A stretch of 63,373 nt of DNA, filler included, from Chiloscyllium plagiosum (GCF_004010195.1; 4 parts of one record of this genome joined end to end with filler, not necessarily neighbours in it); one strand, 5' to 3'. Positions 1 through 12,790 are shown, counted from the whole stretch's first letter. Translations and numbers: made by a program. Notes: generated by a model not told the origin, from the sequence alone.

Positions 1-390
1 GACGCTCTCTGGGCAGTCTGAAACCTGTTGATCTTCCAGCTGAAGGAGTTGACCCCGAGTGAGTGTTGCAGTCTGGCACATTCCAAGGTCCAGGACTACT
101 TGTTGAAGGACGCGCTGAAGCTTGGGGCAGCTGCCGCCAAGGCGCGGTGGGGAAAGACCACCATGTAACATCTGCCTGCCTAAAGAAGAACAGGGGGCCC
201 GCGCAGTCATTTGGGCCCTGCTGATGCCTCAGCTAAAAATGTAATTGTCCAGACCTGTAAATAGGAATGATTACTCTGTTTTCGGTATGCAAACAAATGG
301 AATGTTTACATATGTATGGCATGTCCAGTTGTACAGATCATCAAAGTATTTTATGAATAAAGTATATTTTTGAAATAACTAAAAAAAAAA
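1..390 (+). mobile_element. 3' end of a Tx1/L1-clade LINE (ORF2 C-terminus, 3'UTR, polyA)
   Basis: Frame 1 reads DALWAV*NLLIFQLKELTPSECCSLAHSKVQDYLLKDALKLGAAAAKARWGKTTM*, typical of the Tx1 ORF2 C-terminus; AATAAA at ~356 and A10 tail at 381-390. Confidence 0.75.
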
Positions 391-447
391 ATTCTGGGAG
401 AAGTCAGTCTTGTCACCATAACTGTTAATTTCAAGTAGCCTTATCTT

Positions 448-857
448 GGGGTGGCATGGTGGCTCAGTGGCTAGCACTGCTAGGTAGAAACAAGGACAGC
501 AGATGCCGAAAACCAGAGTCTGGATTCGAGTGGTGCTGGAGTGGTTAGCACTGTTGCCTCACAGTACCAGATACCCAGGTTTGACTCCTGCTTTGGGTGA
601 CTGCATGGAGTTTGCATATTTGCCCCATGTCTGTGTGGGTTTCTTCCAGGTACTCTGGTTTCCTCCCTCAATTCAAAGATGTGCAGGTCAGGTGAATTGG
701 CCATGCTAAGTTTCCCATAGTGTTAGGTGCATTAGTCAGGGGTAAATATAGGATAGGGGAATGGGTCTGGGTGGGTTACTCTTTGGAGGGTCGATGTGGA
801 CTTATTGACCTGAAGGGCCTGTTTTCATGTTGCAGGGAATCTAATCTAATCTAATCA
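448..857 (+). mobile_element. HE1-like tRNA-derived V-SINE, interrupted by a Penelope fragment
   Basis: A-box-like TGGCTCAGTGG, V-domain (GGAGTTTGCA..CCCCATGTCTGTGTGGGTTTC), CR1-like tail GAAGGGCCTGTT, (AATCT)n end. Confidence 0.85.
481..539 (-). mobile_element. Penelope-like terminal fragment inserted in the SINE
   Basis: Matches the reverse complement of 3657-3715; flanked by duplicated AGTGG(C/T)TAGCACTG (466-479 / 540-553). Confidence 0.75.
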
Positions 858-1139
858 GCAGCTGGGAAATGGAGAGGGCCGTGAGGAGACAGTGACAAAA
901 GCAGGTAAAGCTTGAGTGCTGAGTACTTAAGAACTAGTTTTGAGTAGCAGCCTTACCTTGATCCATTGTTGTCGGTGTTGTACTTCATCACATCACAAGT
1001 TCAAAAGTGATGTTTTGGACAGAAGGGCTCCTGATTGGTATGTAGTGGTCAGGTGATTCTTTTTCCTTACCTTTAATTTGCATCCACCTTTTCATACCCA
1101 TCAGGTTTTAGACTCGTTGGATTTTGGCTAATGCTAGGG

Positions 1140-1912
1140 TCAAAGGAGAAGGATACGTTGATATTCTGGGGCATGATAACATAAAAATGGAAGAGGTGTT
1201 GGGTGTTTTGAAAAGCATTAAAATCAAAAGTCCCTAGGACCTGATGGGATCTATCCCAGGATGCTGAGGGAGAAAATTGCTGGGGCCTTGTATGAAATAT
1301 TTGTATCTTCTTTAGTCACAGAAGAGGTCCCAAAAGACTGGAGAAAAGCAAATATTGTTCCTTTGTTTAAGAAGGGCAGTAGGATAATACAGGAAATTAT
1401 AGGCCAGTGATCAGGAAGTTATTGGAGAAGATTATTAGGGACAGGATTTACTCACATTTGGAGACATAGGCAGCATGGCTTTGTGTGCAGGATTGATGAG
1501 GGCAGGATGGTGGATGTTGTCTCTATGGGCTTTAGCTAGACCTTTGACAAGTTCCCTCAATGCAGGCTGACTCAGGAGGTGAAGTCATAAGGGACCTGTA
1601 GTGAGCTGGCAGGATGGATACAGAACTGGCTTAGTCATAGAAGACAGACCATTACAGTGGAAGGGTATTTTTTCAGACTGGACATCTGTGACCATTGTGT
1701 TCCACAGGATCAGTGCTGGGATCCCTGTTGTTTTTTATTATATATAAATGATTTGGATGATAATATAGGTGGTCTGATTAGTAAGTTTGTGGATGACACA
1801 AATATTGGTGAAACTGCAGATAGTCAGAATTGTCAGAGGATAGTGGGGGACAGATAGGCTAAGGATTTGGGCAGAGAAATGGCAAATGGAGTTAATCTGG
1901 ACAAATGTGAGG
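1140..1912 (+). mobile_element. Decayed CR1 (HER1-like) LINE, RT region
   Basis: Motifs GPDGIYPRML, DWRKANIVPLFKKG, YINDLDD..KFVDDT, with frameshifts. Confidence 0.85.
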
Positions 1913-2110
1913 TCATACTGTCATAGAAATGTACAGCATGGAAACAGACCCTTTGATCCAACTTATCCATGCCAACCAGATATCCTAAGCTAATACAGTC
2001 CCATTTGACAGCATTTGATCTATATCCCTCTAAACCCTTCCTATTCATATACCTGTCAACATGCCTTTTAAGTGTTGTAATTGTACCAGCTTCCACCATT
2101 TCCTCTGGCA

Positions 2111-2612
2111 GGGGCGGTGATGGCTTACTGGCATTATCACACTCACTGTATTGCTAATCCAGAGACCTAGGTAATGTTCTGAGGAGCAGGTTTGAAACCT
2201 ACCATGGCAGGTAATGGAATTTGAGTCAGTTAAAAATCTGGCATTAAGAGCTTAATGATGACTGTGAATCCATTGTCGATTGGCGGGAAAAGCCATCTGG
2301 TTTACTAATGTCCTTTAGGGAAACAAACCGCCATCATTACCCATGTCAAAAAGTGTGGCACTGCAAAGCACAGCATCCGAGGAGCAGGAGAGTCAATGTT
2401 TCGGGCATAAGCCCTTCATCAAGAACGTCCTGCCCTGCATCTCTCCAGCATCTGCAGTCCTCACTTTCTCCTGCCAGCATTACTTGGTCTGGCCTATATG
2501 TGACCACAGATCCACAGCAATGAGGTTGACCCTTAGCCCTCTGGGCAATTAGGGATGGGCAATAAATGCTGGTCTCACCAGCGATACCCTCATCATGTGA
2601 ATGAATAAAAAG
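2111..2612 (+). mobile_element. SacSINE1-like (Deu-domain type) SINE
   Basis: tRNA-like head, core GTCTGGCCTATATGTGAC..ATCCACAGCAATG, tail GGCAATTAGGGATGGGCAATAAATGCTGG shared with the LINE at 52796. Confidence 0.65.
2343..2472. mobile_element. Penelope-like mini element, inverted halves, degenerate hammerhead (- strand, 2392-2423)
   Basis: TTTCGGGCATAAGCCCTTCATCA followed by the opposite-orientation terminus CTCCAGCATCTGCAGTCCTCACTTTCTCC; TSD GCCA(T/G)CATTAC at 2330-2340 / 2473-2483. Confidence 0.8.
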
Positions 2613-3129
2613 AAGTGCATTCAAATGACCAAAGTTCATTCCACACATACACACCACCACCCTCTGTGTGAAAAAGTTGTCCCTTTTAAATTTTTCCCCT
2701 TTCACCTTAAACCTATGCCCTTTAGTTTTGGACTCCCTGGGGAAAAGACCTTGACTATTCCCACCATCCATGCCCCTCATGATTTTATAAATCTTTATAA
2801 GGTCACCCCTCAGCCTCTGACACTCCAGAGAAAACAGCCCCAGCCTATTCAACCTCTCCCTATTAGTTAAACCCTTCAACCCTGGCAACATCCTTGTAAA
2901 TCCTTTCTGAACTCTTTCAAGTTTAACAACACCCATCCTATGGCAGGGAGACAGAACTGAATGCAATATTCCAAAAGTGGCCTATCAATGTCCTGTTAAG
3001 CCATAATATGACCTCCCACCTGCTATACTCAATGACTAGCCAATAAAGGCAAACATACCAAGTGCCTCCTTCACTATCCTGTCTACCTGTAATTTCAAGT
3101 TCGAGGAACTATGAAACTGCACTCTAAAG

Positions 3130-3227
3130 CCAAAATAAAAATTGCTGGAAAAGCTCAGCAGGTCTGGTAACATCTGTGGAGAGAACTCAGAGTTATCATT
3201 TTAGTTTGAGGACCCGTCCTTAGGTCT
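3130..3227 (-). mobile_element. Penelope-like terminal fragment (older subfamily)
   Basis: GCTGGAAAAGCTCAGCAGGTCTGG..CATCTGTGGAGAG; flanked by TGCACTC(T/C)AA duplication (3118 / 3228). Confidence 0.6.
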
Positions 3228-3284
3228 TGCACTCCAAGGTCCCTTTGTTCAGCAACACTCTCCAGGAGCTTACTATTAAGTGTA

Positions 3285-3713
3285 GCAGAGCGCTTTAGGG
3301 ACTACATTGGGGAGACTGGGCGCCTCCTAGCAGAGCGCTTTAGGGACTACATTGGGGAGACTGGGCGCCTCCTAGCAGAGCGCTTTAGGGAACATCTCCG
3401 AGACACCCGCACCAATCAACCAAATTGCCCCGTGGCTCAACATTTCAACTCCCCCTCCCACTCTGCCGAGGATATGGAGGTGCTGGGCCTCCTCCACCGC
3501 CGCTCCCTCACCACCAGACGCCTGGAGGAAGAACGCCTCATCTTCCTCTAGCTTATCTCTCCACGCTTCAGGCTCTCTGCCTTTATTCCTGATGAAGGGC
3601 TTTTGCCCGAAACGTCGATTTTCCTGCTCCTCGGATGCTGCCTGAATTGCTGTGCTCTTCCAGCACCACTGATCCAGAATCTGGTTTCCAGCATCTGCAG
3701 TCATTGTTTTTAC
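3285..3713 (+). mobile_element. Truncated Penelope-like element: GIY-YIG endonuclease fragment plus hammerhead-bearing terminal repeat
   Basis: Translates YIGETGRLLAERFREHLRDTRTNQPNCPVAQHFNSPSHSAEDMEVLGLLHRRSLTTRRLEEERLIF; 12-bp TSD CTATTAAGTGTA (3273-3284 / 3714-3725). Confidence 0.9.
3585..3620 (+). ncRNA. Minimal type-I hammerhead ribozyme motif
   Basis: CTGATGA (3589-3595), stem II GGGC-TTTT-GCCC, GAAA (3609-3612), CGTC with predicted cleavage after C3616; helix I is short and weak. Confidence 0.8.
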
Positions 3714-3789
3714 CTATTAAGTGTATATGTCCTGCCATGATTTGCCTTACCAATGTAGCATCTCCTATTGATGGTGATGCATCTTGGAA

Positions 3790-4520
3790 GGTCTATACAG
3801 GACAAAAGTATACAGTAAATGGCAGAATTCTTAGAAGTCTTAACATACAGAGGGATCTAAGTGTACAGGTCAACAGTTCCCTGAAAGTGGCAATGCGAGT
3901 AGATAAGGTGGTCAAGAAGCATATGGCATACTCGCCTTCATCACTTAGACATGGAGTATAAAAATTGGCAAGTCATGTTGCAGCTATGTAAAACTTTAAT
4001 TAGGCCACATTTGGAATATTGCGTACAGTTTTGGTCACTACATTGTCAGAAGGATGTAGAGGCTTTGGAGAGGGTACGAAAACTATTTACCAGGATGCTG
4101 CCTCATTTGGAAGGTGTTAGCTCTGTGAAGACATTGAACAAATTTGATTTGTTTTCATTTGGATTTGAGGCTGAAGGGTTACCTGATAGCAGTTCTCAAA
4201 ATTATGAGAAGCACAGATGGAATGAATAGCTTGAGCCTTTTTCTCAGAGTAGAATCATCAATTACTAGGGAAATAGGTTTCAGGTGAATGGGAGAAAGTT
4301 TACAGGAGATGAGAGAGACGGGTTTTTTTACACGGTGGATGGTAAGTGCCTGGAATGGGCTGTCGGAGAAGGTGCTGGAATTGATACAATAGCAATGTTT
4401 CAGAGGTGTCTTGATGATTTCCTGCCTATTCATAAATTGAGAGATTTTGGATGCCATTTAGGCAAAATGGTGTTTAGTTTAGAAAGATAACGTGTCAGTG
4501 CCATCCAGTGTTCTATTTTC
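3790..4520 (+). mobile_element. CR1 LINE 3' fragment
   Basis: LIRPHLEYCVQFWS..DVEALERV motif. Confidence 0.85.
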
Positions 4521-5111
4521 TTTATTCTTTGAGTATTCTGGGTGTTTTATGTTTCCATTTGGTCCACACTGTTCATTAAATAATTTTAAAATGGTATTTC
4601 ATTCTTACCAGGCTGGAGGTGTGAGAAAAATGCTTTATGTTTAATGCTGTTTGGAGGACATAGAATTCGAAGGATTGTTGAGAAAGTAATTTATTTCAAT
4701 ATTTTTGAGCATATCTGGAGTGGTTTCTTTAAAAGAGTTCTTGAACATTCACTGAGGGCATTGGAGATTGTTTTTCACAAGAATTTCTACAAATTGCCTG
4801 ACTGACGATCACTGCTTATGATCATGATTCAGCCGCTTTTGAAAAGTGACTGTCTTGGAGATGTTCTTGTTTGACCTGTTTCAGTTGAAGGAAAGTCTGC
4901 TAAGATCAAGCTAAATCTAAGGGAAGCCTAAAATAAATAATCTGTCTTATTTATTGCTCCCACTTCCGAAGAGAAATCAGTCTACATCAGTTCAGGGTGA
5001 ATTCTATTTTTTCTCTTGAAAGGATGATCGAAAGAACATTTCAAAATTGCATTTCCTTACTAAGCTGTGTCTGCAAGAGTTTGGAGTCAACCATGACTGT
5101 AGTGCCACATT

Positions 5112-5300
5112 TCTTTTTGATTTGATTTATTATTGTCACATGTACTTAGGTACAGTGAAAAGTTTTGTTTTGCATGCAGTAGAGACAGATCGTACAATGC
5201 AAGTTGCATAAGGGTAACACAACAGAGCAAAGAATACAATGTTATGGCTGCAGAGAAGGTGCACAAAGAGTGAGGTCAACACTAAGTTTGAAATTTGAAA
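5112..5300 (-). mobile_element. Rex1-like LINE 3' tail fragment
   Basis: Reverse complement resembles the 3'UTR at 23790-23846; (TTTGA)n tail. Confidence 0.55.
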
Positions 5301-6189
5301 GTTCCATATGTCAGAACACCACAGTAATAGACTCGAGAACATTCTATGCTTTATCCTTTTGGTCTTCACAAATAACACATGGGCCAGAAGTGCTTTTTGC
5401 TAAAAAATCCAATCTCTGTGAAGAAACCAGTGTGTTTGTTTTCTTTTTTCCTGAATGTGCATGTGTGAGTGTATGTTTTAAGCATATTTTGATGAATAAC
5501 GTGTATATTACTGCCTCTGCATAAGTAATTGCATTTTATTAACTTTATTAACTTCTTTTGCTTCCAACTTGATATCGACATTGTATGTAATTAGACATCT
5601 TGAGAACTGGAACAAAAAATTTTATTTCATGATGACATGTGGAACCATGGGTCTAGACTGACAATCATTCCTCTAGACTTAGTAATTACACAGAATTTGG
5701 TAAGGGCTACCTCCAACAAGAGAAAATGTAACCATTTTCCAGTGTCATTCAATGGAATCACCATCACAAAGGAAATCGAAAAATTATAAGGCTGAATCTT
5801 GTTTTTTTTGGCATCAAGTTTTTTGGAGGGTTTTTCATGTGAGGTCTAGTGGGTTTTCTCACCCTATTTTATCAAACTCACCACATTAATTACCTACTCA
5901 GTCCCTATGGCACCTCTCATGTCTGATTTCCAACCTGTCTGATCACACCCCATTCACACAGCAACTCACCATCCTGTGGATATCCACCTAAAGCCCTAAC
6001 ATCCCTTGTGCCCACACCATCCTTGACAGGACACTGTGTGCCAGGACAAGCATTCAGAATCCGGGTGTTACCTCTTCCCAGTAATATTACAGCACATAAG
6101 CTATGCTGCCCATAGCTCAGCCTGGCTGAAACTCCATCACACGTACTACTCCAATCTGTTTAACCATCAGGCCAAGCACTTTATCTGCC

Positions 6190-6880
6190 CTTAAGTTCAG
6201 GTACATAATCCTTTTGAAGTTTGTGTCACATGTAGGCAGGGTGGTTAAGAAGGCGTTTAGCATGCTTGCCTTCATTGTTCAGACCTTTGAATAAAGGAAT
6301 TGAAACTCCCATTGAGGTTGTACAGGATGGTTGTGAGGCCTCCTCTGGAGTGCTGTGTCCAGTTCTGGTTACCCAGTTTTAGGAAGGATGTTATCAAGCT
6401 GGAGAGGTGACACAAAAAAATTAGCAGGATGTTGCTGGGAATGGAGGGTTTGACTTATGGGGGAGACTAGACAGGCTGGGACTTTTTTCACTAGCGAACA
6501 GCGGTTTGAGGGGTGATTTTGTAGAGGTGTATAAAATCATGAGGGGTAGAGATAAGGTGAATGGCAGGTGTCTTTTTCCTGCCGTGGAGTATTTGAAGAC
6601 ATGGGGCATATTTTAAGGTGAGAGGAAAAAGATTTTAAAAAGACTTTGGGGCAATTTCTTTTGCACATAGTGGTTCATATGCGAAATGAGTTTGCAGAGG
6701 AAGTGGTGGATGAGGGCACAGTTACAACATTTGAATGACATTTGGATAAATACTTGACTAAGAAATGTTTAGAGGGATATAAGCCAAATGCAGGCAGGTG
6801 GGATGAGATTAGTTTGGGATTATGGTTGGCATGGACTGGTTGGACCAAAGGGTCTGTTTCCGTGCTGTATGACTCTACAA
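6190..6880 (+). mobile_element. CR1 LINE 3' fragment
   Basis: VRPPLECCVQFW..RKDVIKLER, and HER1-like tail GGACCAAAGGGTCTGTTTCCGTGCTGTATGACTCTA. Confidence 0.85.
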
Positions 6881-8093
6881 CTGCATCCAATCTAAACACT
6901 CTCTAGTCATGGCTACTCTATCCCCAGTGTTCAGTGGGCACTTGCAGCCTGTCATTCTGCAGCATCTAATATAGAGGCAAGCAATTGGACAATTCCAATT
7001 ACATAGGTCAGCTTTTGTTTACAGAAAGGTAGAGGGAACAAAAATAAAGCTAACAGAGGATGCTCTCCTCCCCCACAGTGTCAACCAGATTTTTGCATCA
7101 TGATTAAAGAGTATTACAGCCTGGAATTCTTCTACTCACCACAGTTGACACCTCATTGAAACATGTTGGAAATATGTAATAAAGCTTGGCACATTGGAAA
7201 TAAACCAGGGTCAGCAGCACACACATTGAGTTCAACCATAACAGCATTTAAACGGTTAAGCAAAAGATTAGGTTATAAGGAATTGAACCGACACAGAGCA
7301 ATTGAGAAGTATAATGCAGACATAGTCTTCCTGTAAATTATATTATAGTGTGACTCATTCTTATTAGTTCTAGTCTGCATTTCCAGCTGGCAAGTTGTTA
7401 TTCCTAAAGCAATCATCTAGATCACTGAACGCAGCATGTGAATTCATCATTAACCTGCTGCAATGCAGTACACAGTCCAGCAGGGTCACTGAAGAGGAAA
7501 ACTGGATTGTTGGATCCCTACAGCCAGTCACCAGGACTGCCAACTAATTAAAAGGGGGAACTGAAACCCATGTCACAAGGTTCAAATGGAAATGATAATG
7601 TATTTGTTAGTATAAAGAAAGCAAGAGCTGCTGGGAATACTTGCAATGCATTCTGAATGCTTTCAGGACAGAAGCTGGGTTCTTTAGCTCTATTTCTGAT
7701 ATGGCCTTTCTATGTAAATGTGCTGAATGTCTCATTTTTATACAGTGTTACAGTGGTGATTAATGTCCTCTCTAATTTTTCTTTGCTGTGTATGAAATTT
7801 ATTATTTATTGCAGTGTGTAAGGTGTATTCTGAACAACGCTCAGCTGACAGAACATTGGTGGTAATGCATTTTTGTTGATGGAACATAGAACATGTTATT
7901 ACAATGAATCCATTTTAATGTGTTGATTGGTGTTAGATAGAATGTTTAAAATTTTAAAATTGTTAAATCCAGTCCATATCCACCTTCAATCCACCCACTT
8001 CCAGTTTCAATGGAAGTAGACTTGGAGACTCTGGGTGTTTGGTTTTCCAGTCAACAATCAACTCTAAGGGGATCGGCTGGTGCTTTAACTAGT

Positions 8094-8900
8094 ACATAGG
8101 AACAGAAGTAGGCCATTCAGCCCCTCGAACTTGTTCTGCCATTCAAGAAGATCATGGCTGATCTGTGGCAGAATGCCATAGACCTGCCTTTGGCCCATCT
8201 CCCTTAAAAACTTTCCTTAACAAAAAAATCCAACTCAGATTTAAAATTAACAACTGATCCTGCTTACACTGCCATTTGTGGAAGAGAGTTTACAACCCTT
8301 TGTGCACAGAAGAGCTTCCTAGCATTTCTCCTGAATAGTTTGGTCCTAATTCTATCCCACTTAGTTCTAGAATACCTAACCAGTGGAAATAACATTTTTA
8401 TCCACCCTGTCTATTCCTGTAATACCTTGATGACTTTGATCAGATCATCCCTTAGCCTTTTAACTTGTAGAGAAAATAGGCCTAATGTGTATAGTTTCTC
8501 CTCATAACTTAATACCTGAAGAGCAGACATCATTCTTGTAAACCTATGTTGCACTCCCTCATGGCCAATGTATTCTTCCAGATCTGCTCACAGCATTCCA
8601 AGTGGGGTCTAACCCTGGGTTTTGTATAACTGCAGCAGAACCTCTGCATCCTTGTACTTCAGACTTCTAGATATGAAGACCAACATTTCATTCGCTTTCT
8701 TGATTATTTTCTGCACCTGTCCATGACATCTTCAAGATCTATGCACCTGAACGCCCAAGTCTTTTTGAACATCAAACGTATTTAACTTCACACTATCTAG
8801 AAAGCACTTTGATCTATCCTTTTTTGGTTCAAAATGGATAACAACACACTTGCTTACATCGAACATCATCTGCAACAGGTTTACCCCCATTCACTTCAGC
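8094..8900 (-). mobile_element. Older CR1 LINE 3' part
   Basis: Begins with the reverse-complement tail CATAGGAACAGAAGTAGGCCATTCAGCCC; CR1 RT C-terminal similarity. Confidence 0.75.
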
Positions 8901-8908
8901 AAAAATGA

Positions 8909-9191
8909 GGGGTGGCACAGTGGATCAGTGATTAGCACTGCTGCCTCACAGTGCCAGGGACCTGGGTTTGATTCCGTTTGTGTGGAGTTAGCATGTTTTC
9001 CCCGTGTCTGTGTGGGTTTCCTCCCACAGTCTAAAGATGTGTGGATCAGGTGAATTAGCCATGCAAAACTGCCCATAGTGTTAGGTGCATTAGTCAGAGG
9101 GAAATGGGTCTGAGTGGATTACTCTTCTGAAGGTTGACATGGACTTATTGGGCCAAATGGCCTGTTTCCACACTGTAGGGGATCTAATCTA
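8909..9191 (+). mobile_element. HE1-like V-SINE
   Basis: GGGGTGGCACAGTGG head, V-domain, (TCTAA)n tail. Confidence 0.85.
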
Positions 9192-9293
9192 AAATCACCT
9201 GCTTTATTGCTTGACTATCTCTTCAGTATCCTTGCGCCATTTATTTGCTCAGCCTCTTTGAATTCTTTCTCTGCCTTGTCTTCCTTGATCTGT

Positions 9294-9900
9294 TGTTATG
9301 GACTACGCCAAACCACTCAAGACATCCTTAAGCAGGCAGCCCCAGACCATAACTTTGCAACGTGTACAGTGAAAATTACCTGGAGTAAGTTAGCTAGGTT
9401 GTCTATTAGATTTTAAAAATAGACAAGACTTTCTTCAGAAAATTACACAATGAAACACAAGGAACAGAATAAAGAACCCTTACAGAGCTCAGTCTATCCA
9501 AATTAGACTTAATTATGATGTTCCGAGTATACACAACAGTCCCAATAAGCAAACTCTCTTTAAAACCCACTATAAATGGAACACATGCTTACAGGTTGAA
9601 GTTGAAGGGCAGAAGGACAGAGAGTTTCCACAAAGCTCACTGTTGAACTCCTTACCAGTTCTGGACTGAACAAAACTGCTCAGCTAAAGAGCTGACCATT
9701 CCCCTTTCATGACCACTTTGGCCTGAAGTCCCATCTGTTTACATATAAATAAAAGGCCTTTCAAAATCCTTTTCATCTCTGTACCAAACCAGACTAATCA
9801 GAGTTTGGCCCGGTTTATTACCCCTCTGAAAAAAATCAAAGACAGAGTCTCCTTGAGCCAATGAACAGCTTTAAGAAAAAAAAGGACTAGTTTTGTGACA
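9294..9900. mobile_element. Probable solo LTR
   Basis: Termini TGTTATG...GTGACA, ~600 bp, non-coding; no convincing TSD. Confidence 0.5.
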
Positions 9901-9941
9901 CCGATCAGTGATGTGTACTGACATATAAAAGGAAGAACTGT

Positions 9942-10241
9942 GGGCGGCACGTGGCACAGTGGTTAGCACTGCTGCCTCACAGCGCCAGAGACCCAGGTTC
10001 AATTCCCGACTCAGGCGACTGACTGTGTGGAGTTTGCATGTTCTCCCCGTGTCTGCGTGGGTTTCCTCCAGGTGCTCCGGTTTCCTCCCACAGTCCAAAG
10101 ATGTGCAGGTCAGGTGAATTGGCCGTGCTAAATTGTCCGTAGTGTTAGGTAAAAGGGGGAATGGGTGGGTTACGATTTGGCGGTTCGGTGTGGACTTGTT
10201 GGGCTGAAGGGCCTGTTTCCACACTGTAAGTAACCTAATCT
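9942..10241 (+). mobile_element. Young HE1-like V-SINE
   Basis: CpG-rich; intact A box (TGGCACAGTGG), B box (GGTTCAATTCC) and V-domain. Confidence 0.9.
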
Positions 10242-10593
10242 ACTTGATGTATATATTGCTGACTGAGATTCTTTCCCCACATCCAAACCCAGTAGGACAA
10301 GAATGATTGTGTCCCTGGAGTCTTAATCAACTCAATCATCACTGACTTAATGTCGATCATCTAAATCAAGATGTGAGGAAAATAAAACATGAATTCAAAT
10401 TATATCATTACAAAGTGAAAACTGTTGGGTGTTTTAATTACGAATGATGCAAATAATTGGGCAATTATTAATCAGTTTCAAGTATTTCCCAACCATGCGT
10501 TTTAGAGCAACATTTCAATTACATTTCACAACAGTTTTGATTTGCTTCTAATACTAAAGGTTGTTAATTGGAGTGCCTATCCACAACTCAGAG

Positions 10594-10990
10594 GGTGGGG
10601 TTGTGAATGGAGGGGTCAGAGAGGGGGAGGTTGTCAGTGGAGTGGTCAGAGAGGGGTGAGGTTGTGAATGGAGAGGTCAGAGAGGGAGAGGTTGTGAATG
10701 GAGAGGTCAGNNNNNNNNNNNNNNNNNNNNNNNNNNNNNNNNNNNNNNNNNNNNNNNNNNNNNNNNNNNNNNNNNNNNNNNNNNNNNNNNNNNNNNNNNN
10801 NNNNNNNNNNNNNNNNNNNNNNNNNNNNNNNNNNNNNNNNNNNNNNNNNNNNNNNATGGAGGGTCAGAGAGGGGGTGAGGTTGTAAATGGAGGGGTCAGA
10901 GGTGGGGAGGTTGGGAATGGAGGGGTCAGAGAGGGTGGGGGTGTTGGTGGAGTGGTCAGAGAGAGTGGGGTTGAGGGTGGAGTGGTCAGG
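10594..10990. repeat. G-rich ~30-bp minisatellite spanning a 145-N gap
   Basis: Unit approximately GGTTGTGAATGGAGGGGTCAGAGAGGGGGA on both sides of the gap. Confidence 0.9.
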
Positions 10991-11259
10991 AAGGGCGAGG
11001 TCCAGGAACTACATAATGTCACAGGACAAGGAGTCATGAGGGGGAGTATGGAGTTAAGCTTTTGAATAAATTAATCAACAGAAAAGTAAGACTAGATCAA
11101 TTAATTAACATAAAGCTAAAGCCAGTATGATAATTCATCATCTAATCACAATCAGCATTCAACGTATTAAACAAATCTAAGTGCTAAAGGAAGAATGAAA
11201 TAACAACTGATGGCTGCAAAATACAATCAGAATATCTGTGTAAAGTAAAATCCATGATG

Positions 11260-11722
11260 CCTTTTATTTGTTTCTGGGATGAGGACATTGCTTATTGCCT
11301 ATTCCTAATTGCCCAGATAGTAGTGAAGAGTCAATTGTTGTGCAAACTCCACATTGCTGTGGGTCTGGAGTCACATGTAGACCGGGTCTGCTAGGGCTGT
11401 CAGATTTTCTTTCCTGAAGGACATCAGTGAACCAGATAGGTTTTTATGATGACTGACACAAAGTATTGCATGCTGGAGAGCTGGAATAAAGTGTTGGAGA
11501 TTCACAGCACACATGGCAATATCTATGGAGAGAGAAAGAGAGTTAACGCTTCAAGTCCAATACATCTCTCCTTTGTAACTCAGTCATCATTAGGCTGGCT
11601 TCTTTAAAAAACAAATCAAACTTTACAATCTGCTATAGTGGGACTTGAACCCACATTCCCTGATCATTAACTTGAGATTTGGGATTATTAGTCCAATGTC
11701 ATTACCACCACACCACCATCTT
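11260..11722 (-). mobile_element. SacSINE1-like SINE with an old Penelope-like insert (~11456-11580)
   Basis: Reverse complement of the 2111-2612 family (CCTAATTGCCC, CCACATTGCTGTGGGTCTGGAGTCACAT). Confidence 0.6.
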
Positions 11723-11749
11723 TCCTGAAGATACAGAGTCATTAAAGTT

Positions 11750-12790
11750 GGTGAGCTATGAATACACCAATCCAAATGGGAACATGATGACTAGGTAATA
11801 GCATAGAGCTGGCTCAAACAAGAGCAGGACTGGGTTAGAAATATTCTTAGATGCAAAGTGTTCAGAAAATAGGAAGGTTAGCAGCATTGTTAATAATAAT
11901 TATTGTACTGCTGGAGAGAGAGGGTCCTAGAGGGATCAAGACAGAATTTACTTTGTTTAGGGATAAGAATTTTAAAAAAACCAATATCGACTGTATTCTA
12001 TAGGTACCAATTAATGGGAAAAACATTGAAATTACAGCCATGTGTAAAGCTATAAAGTAGAATTATCTTTCTTTAAATGCAAATAATAATAGTGTAAAAG
12101 GAAGAGAAGGAATGAGTTTCTGATGTGTGTTCAGGAGAATTTTCTAGATTAGTATCTTTTTGCTCAAACAAGGAAGACTGGAATCAGATTCTAGGGAATG
12201 AAGTGGGTTAAATGCTTCAAATATTAATTGAGGAACATTTAGGAAACTGTGATCATCGTATCATAAGGATCAGGCTGGTTATGGAAAAAGACATGTAGAA
12301 ATCCTGAATGAACCGGTTTAATTTGTGGAGATCCAATTCACAAAAAGTGAATATGATCTGAATCAAAGTAAATGGCAACCAAAAGATTGGAAGAGATAAA
12401 CCAGTAACAGAGCAATGAGCTGCTTTTAAAGTGGAGGGGATTCAGGTCCACATGGTACATTCTCACAAGGTGGAAAGATAGGACTAGCAAATCTAGAGCT
12501 TCCAAGATGACAAAAGAGGTAAAGAGGAAGACAGCCAGAAAAAAAGAGTGCTTTTAACAGATAATATGCAATGGAAACAGACCAAACATAGAAGGTTCAC
12601 AGGAGAAATAATGAAAGGAAAGGGGTAGAAAAGGAGAAGGCTTGTGAATTAGAGACCAAGAATGAGTTTTGTACATGGAGACATTGACATGGCTGGGGTA
12701 AAAAGTGAATATCTTGCACAATGAAGACAATGCTGTCCAAACAATCATGAAAGACAAGACAATTGGGATAGTGGATAGTGGATGTAATTT
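11750..12790 (+). mobile_element. Highly decayed CR1 ORF2 endonuclease region
   Basis: Remnants of SWLKQEQDW and EHLGNCDH (AP-endonuclease SDH motif). Confidence 0.6.

Larger units (their letters stand above)
1913..3770 (-). mobile_element. CR1 LINE 3' part (host of a SINE and three Penelope insertions)
   Basis: ORF-track peptides KLERVQKGFTRMLPGL, RLRGDLIKIYKIM, VEAGTITTLKRHVDRYM; 3' tail near 1920. Confidence 0.85.

Noticed and set aside
2346..2966. 206-aa ORF
   Set aside because: Chance read-through across CR1, SINE and Penelope fragments.
9942..10020. tRNA-like sequences at SINE heads
   Set aside because: They continue into the V-domain and a LINE-like tail; these are SINEs, not tRNA genes.
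10607..11065. Gly/Val/Glu-rich 152-aa ORF
   Set aside because: Translation of a minisatellite plus an N gap.
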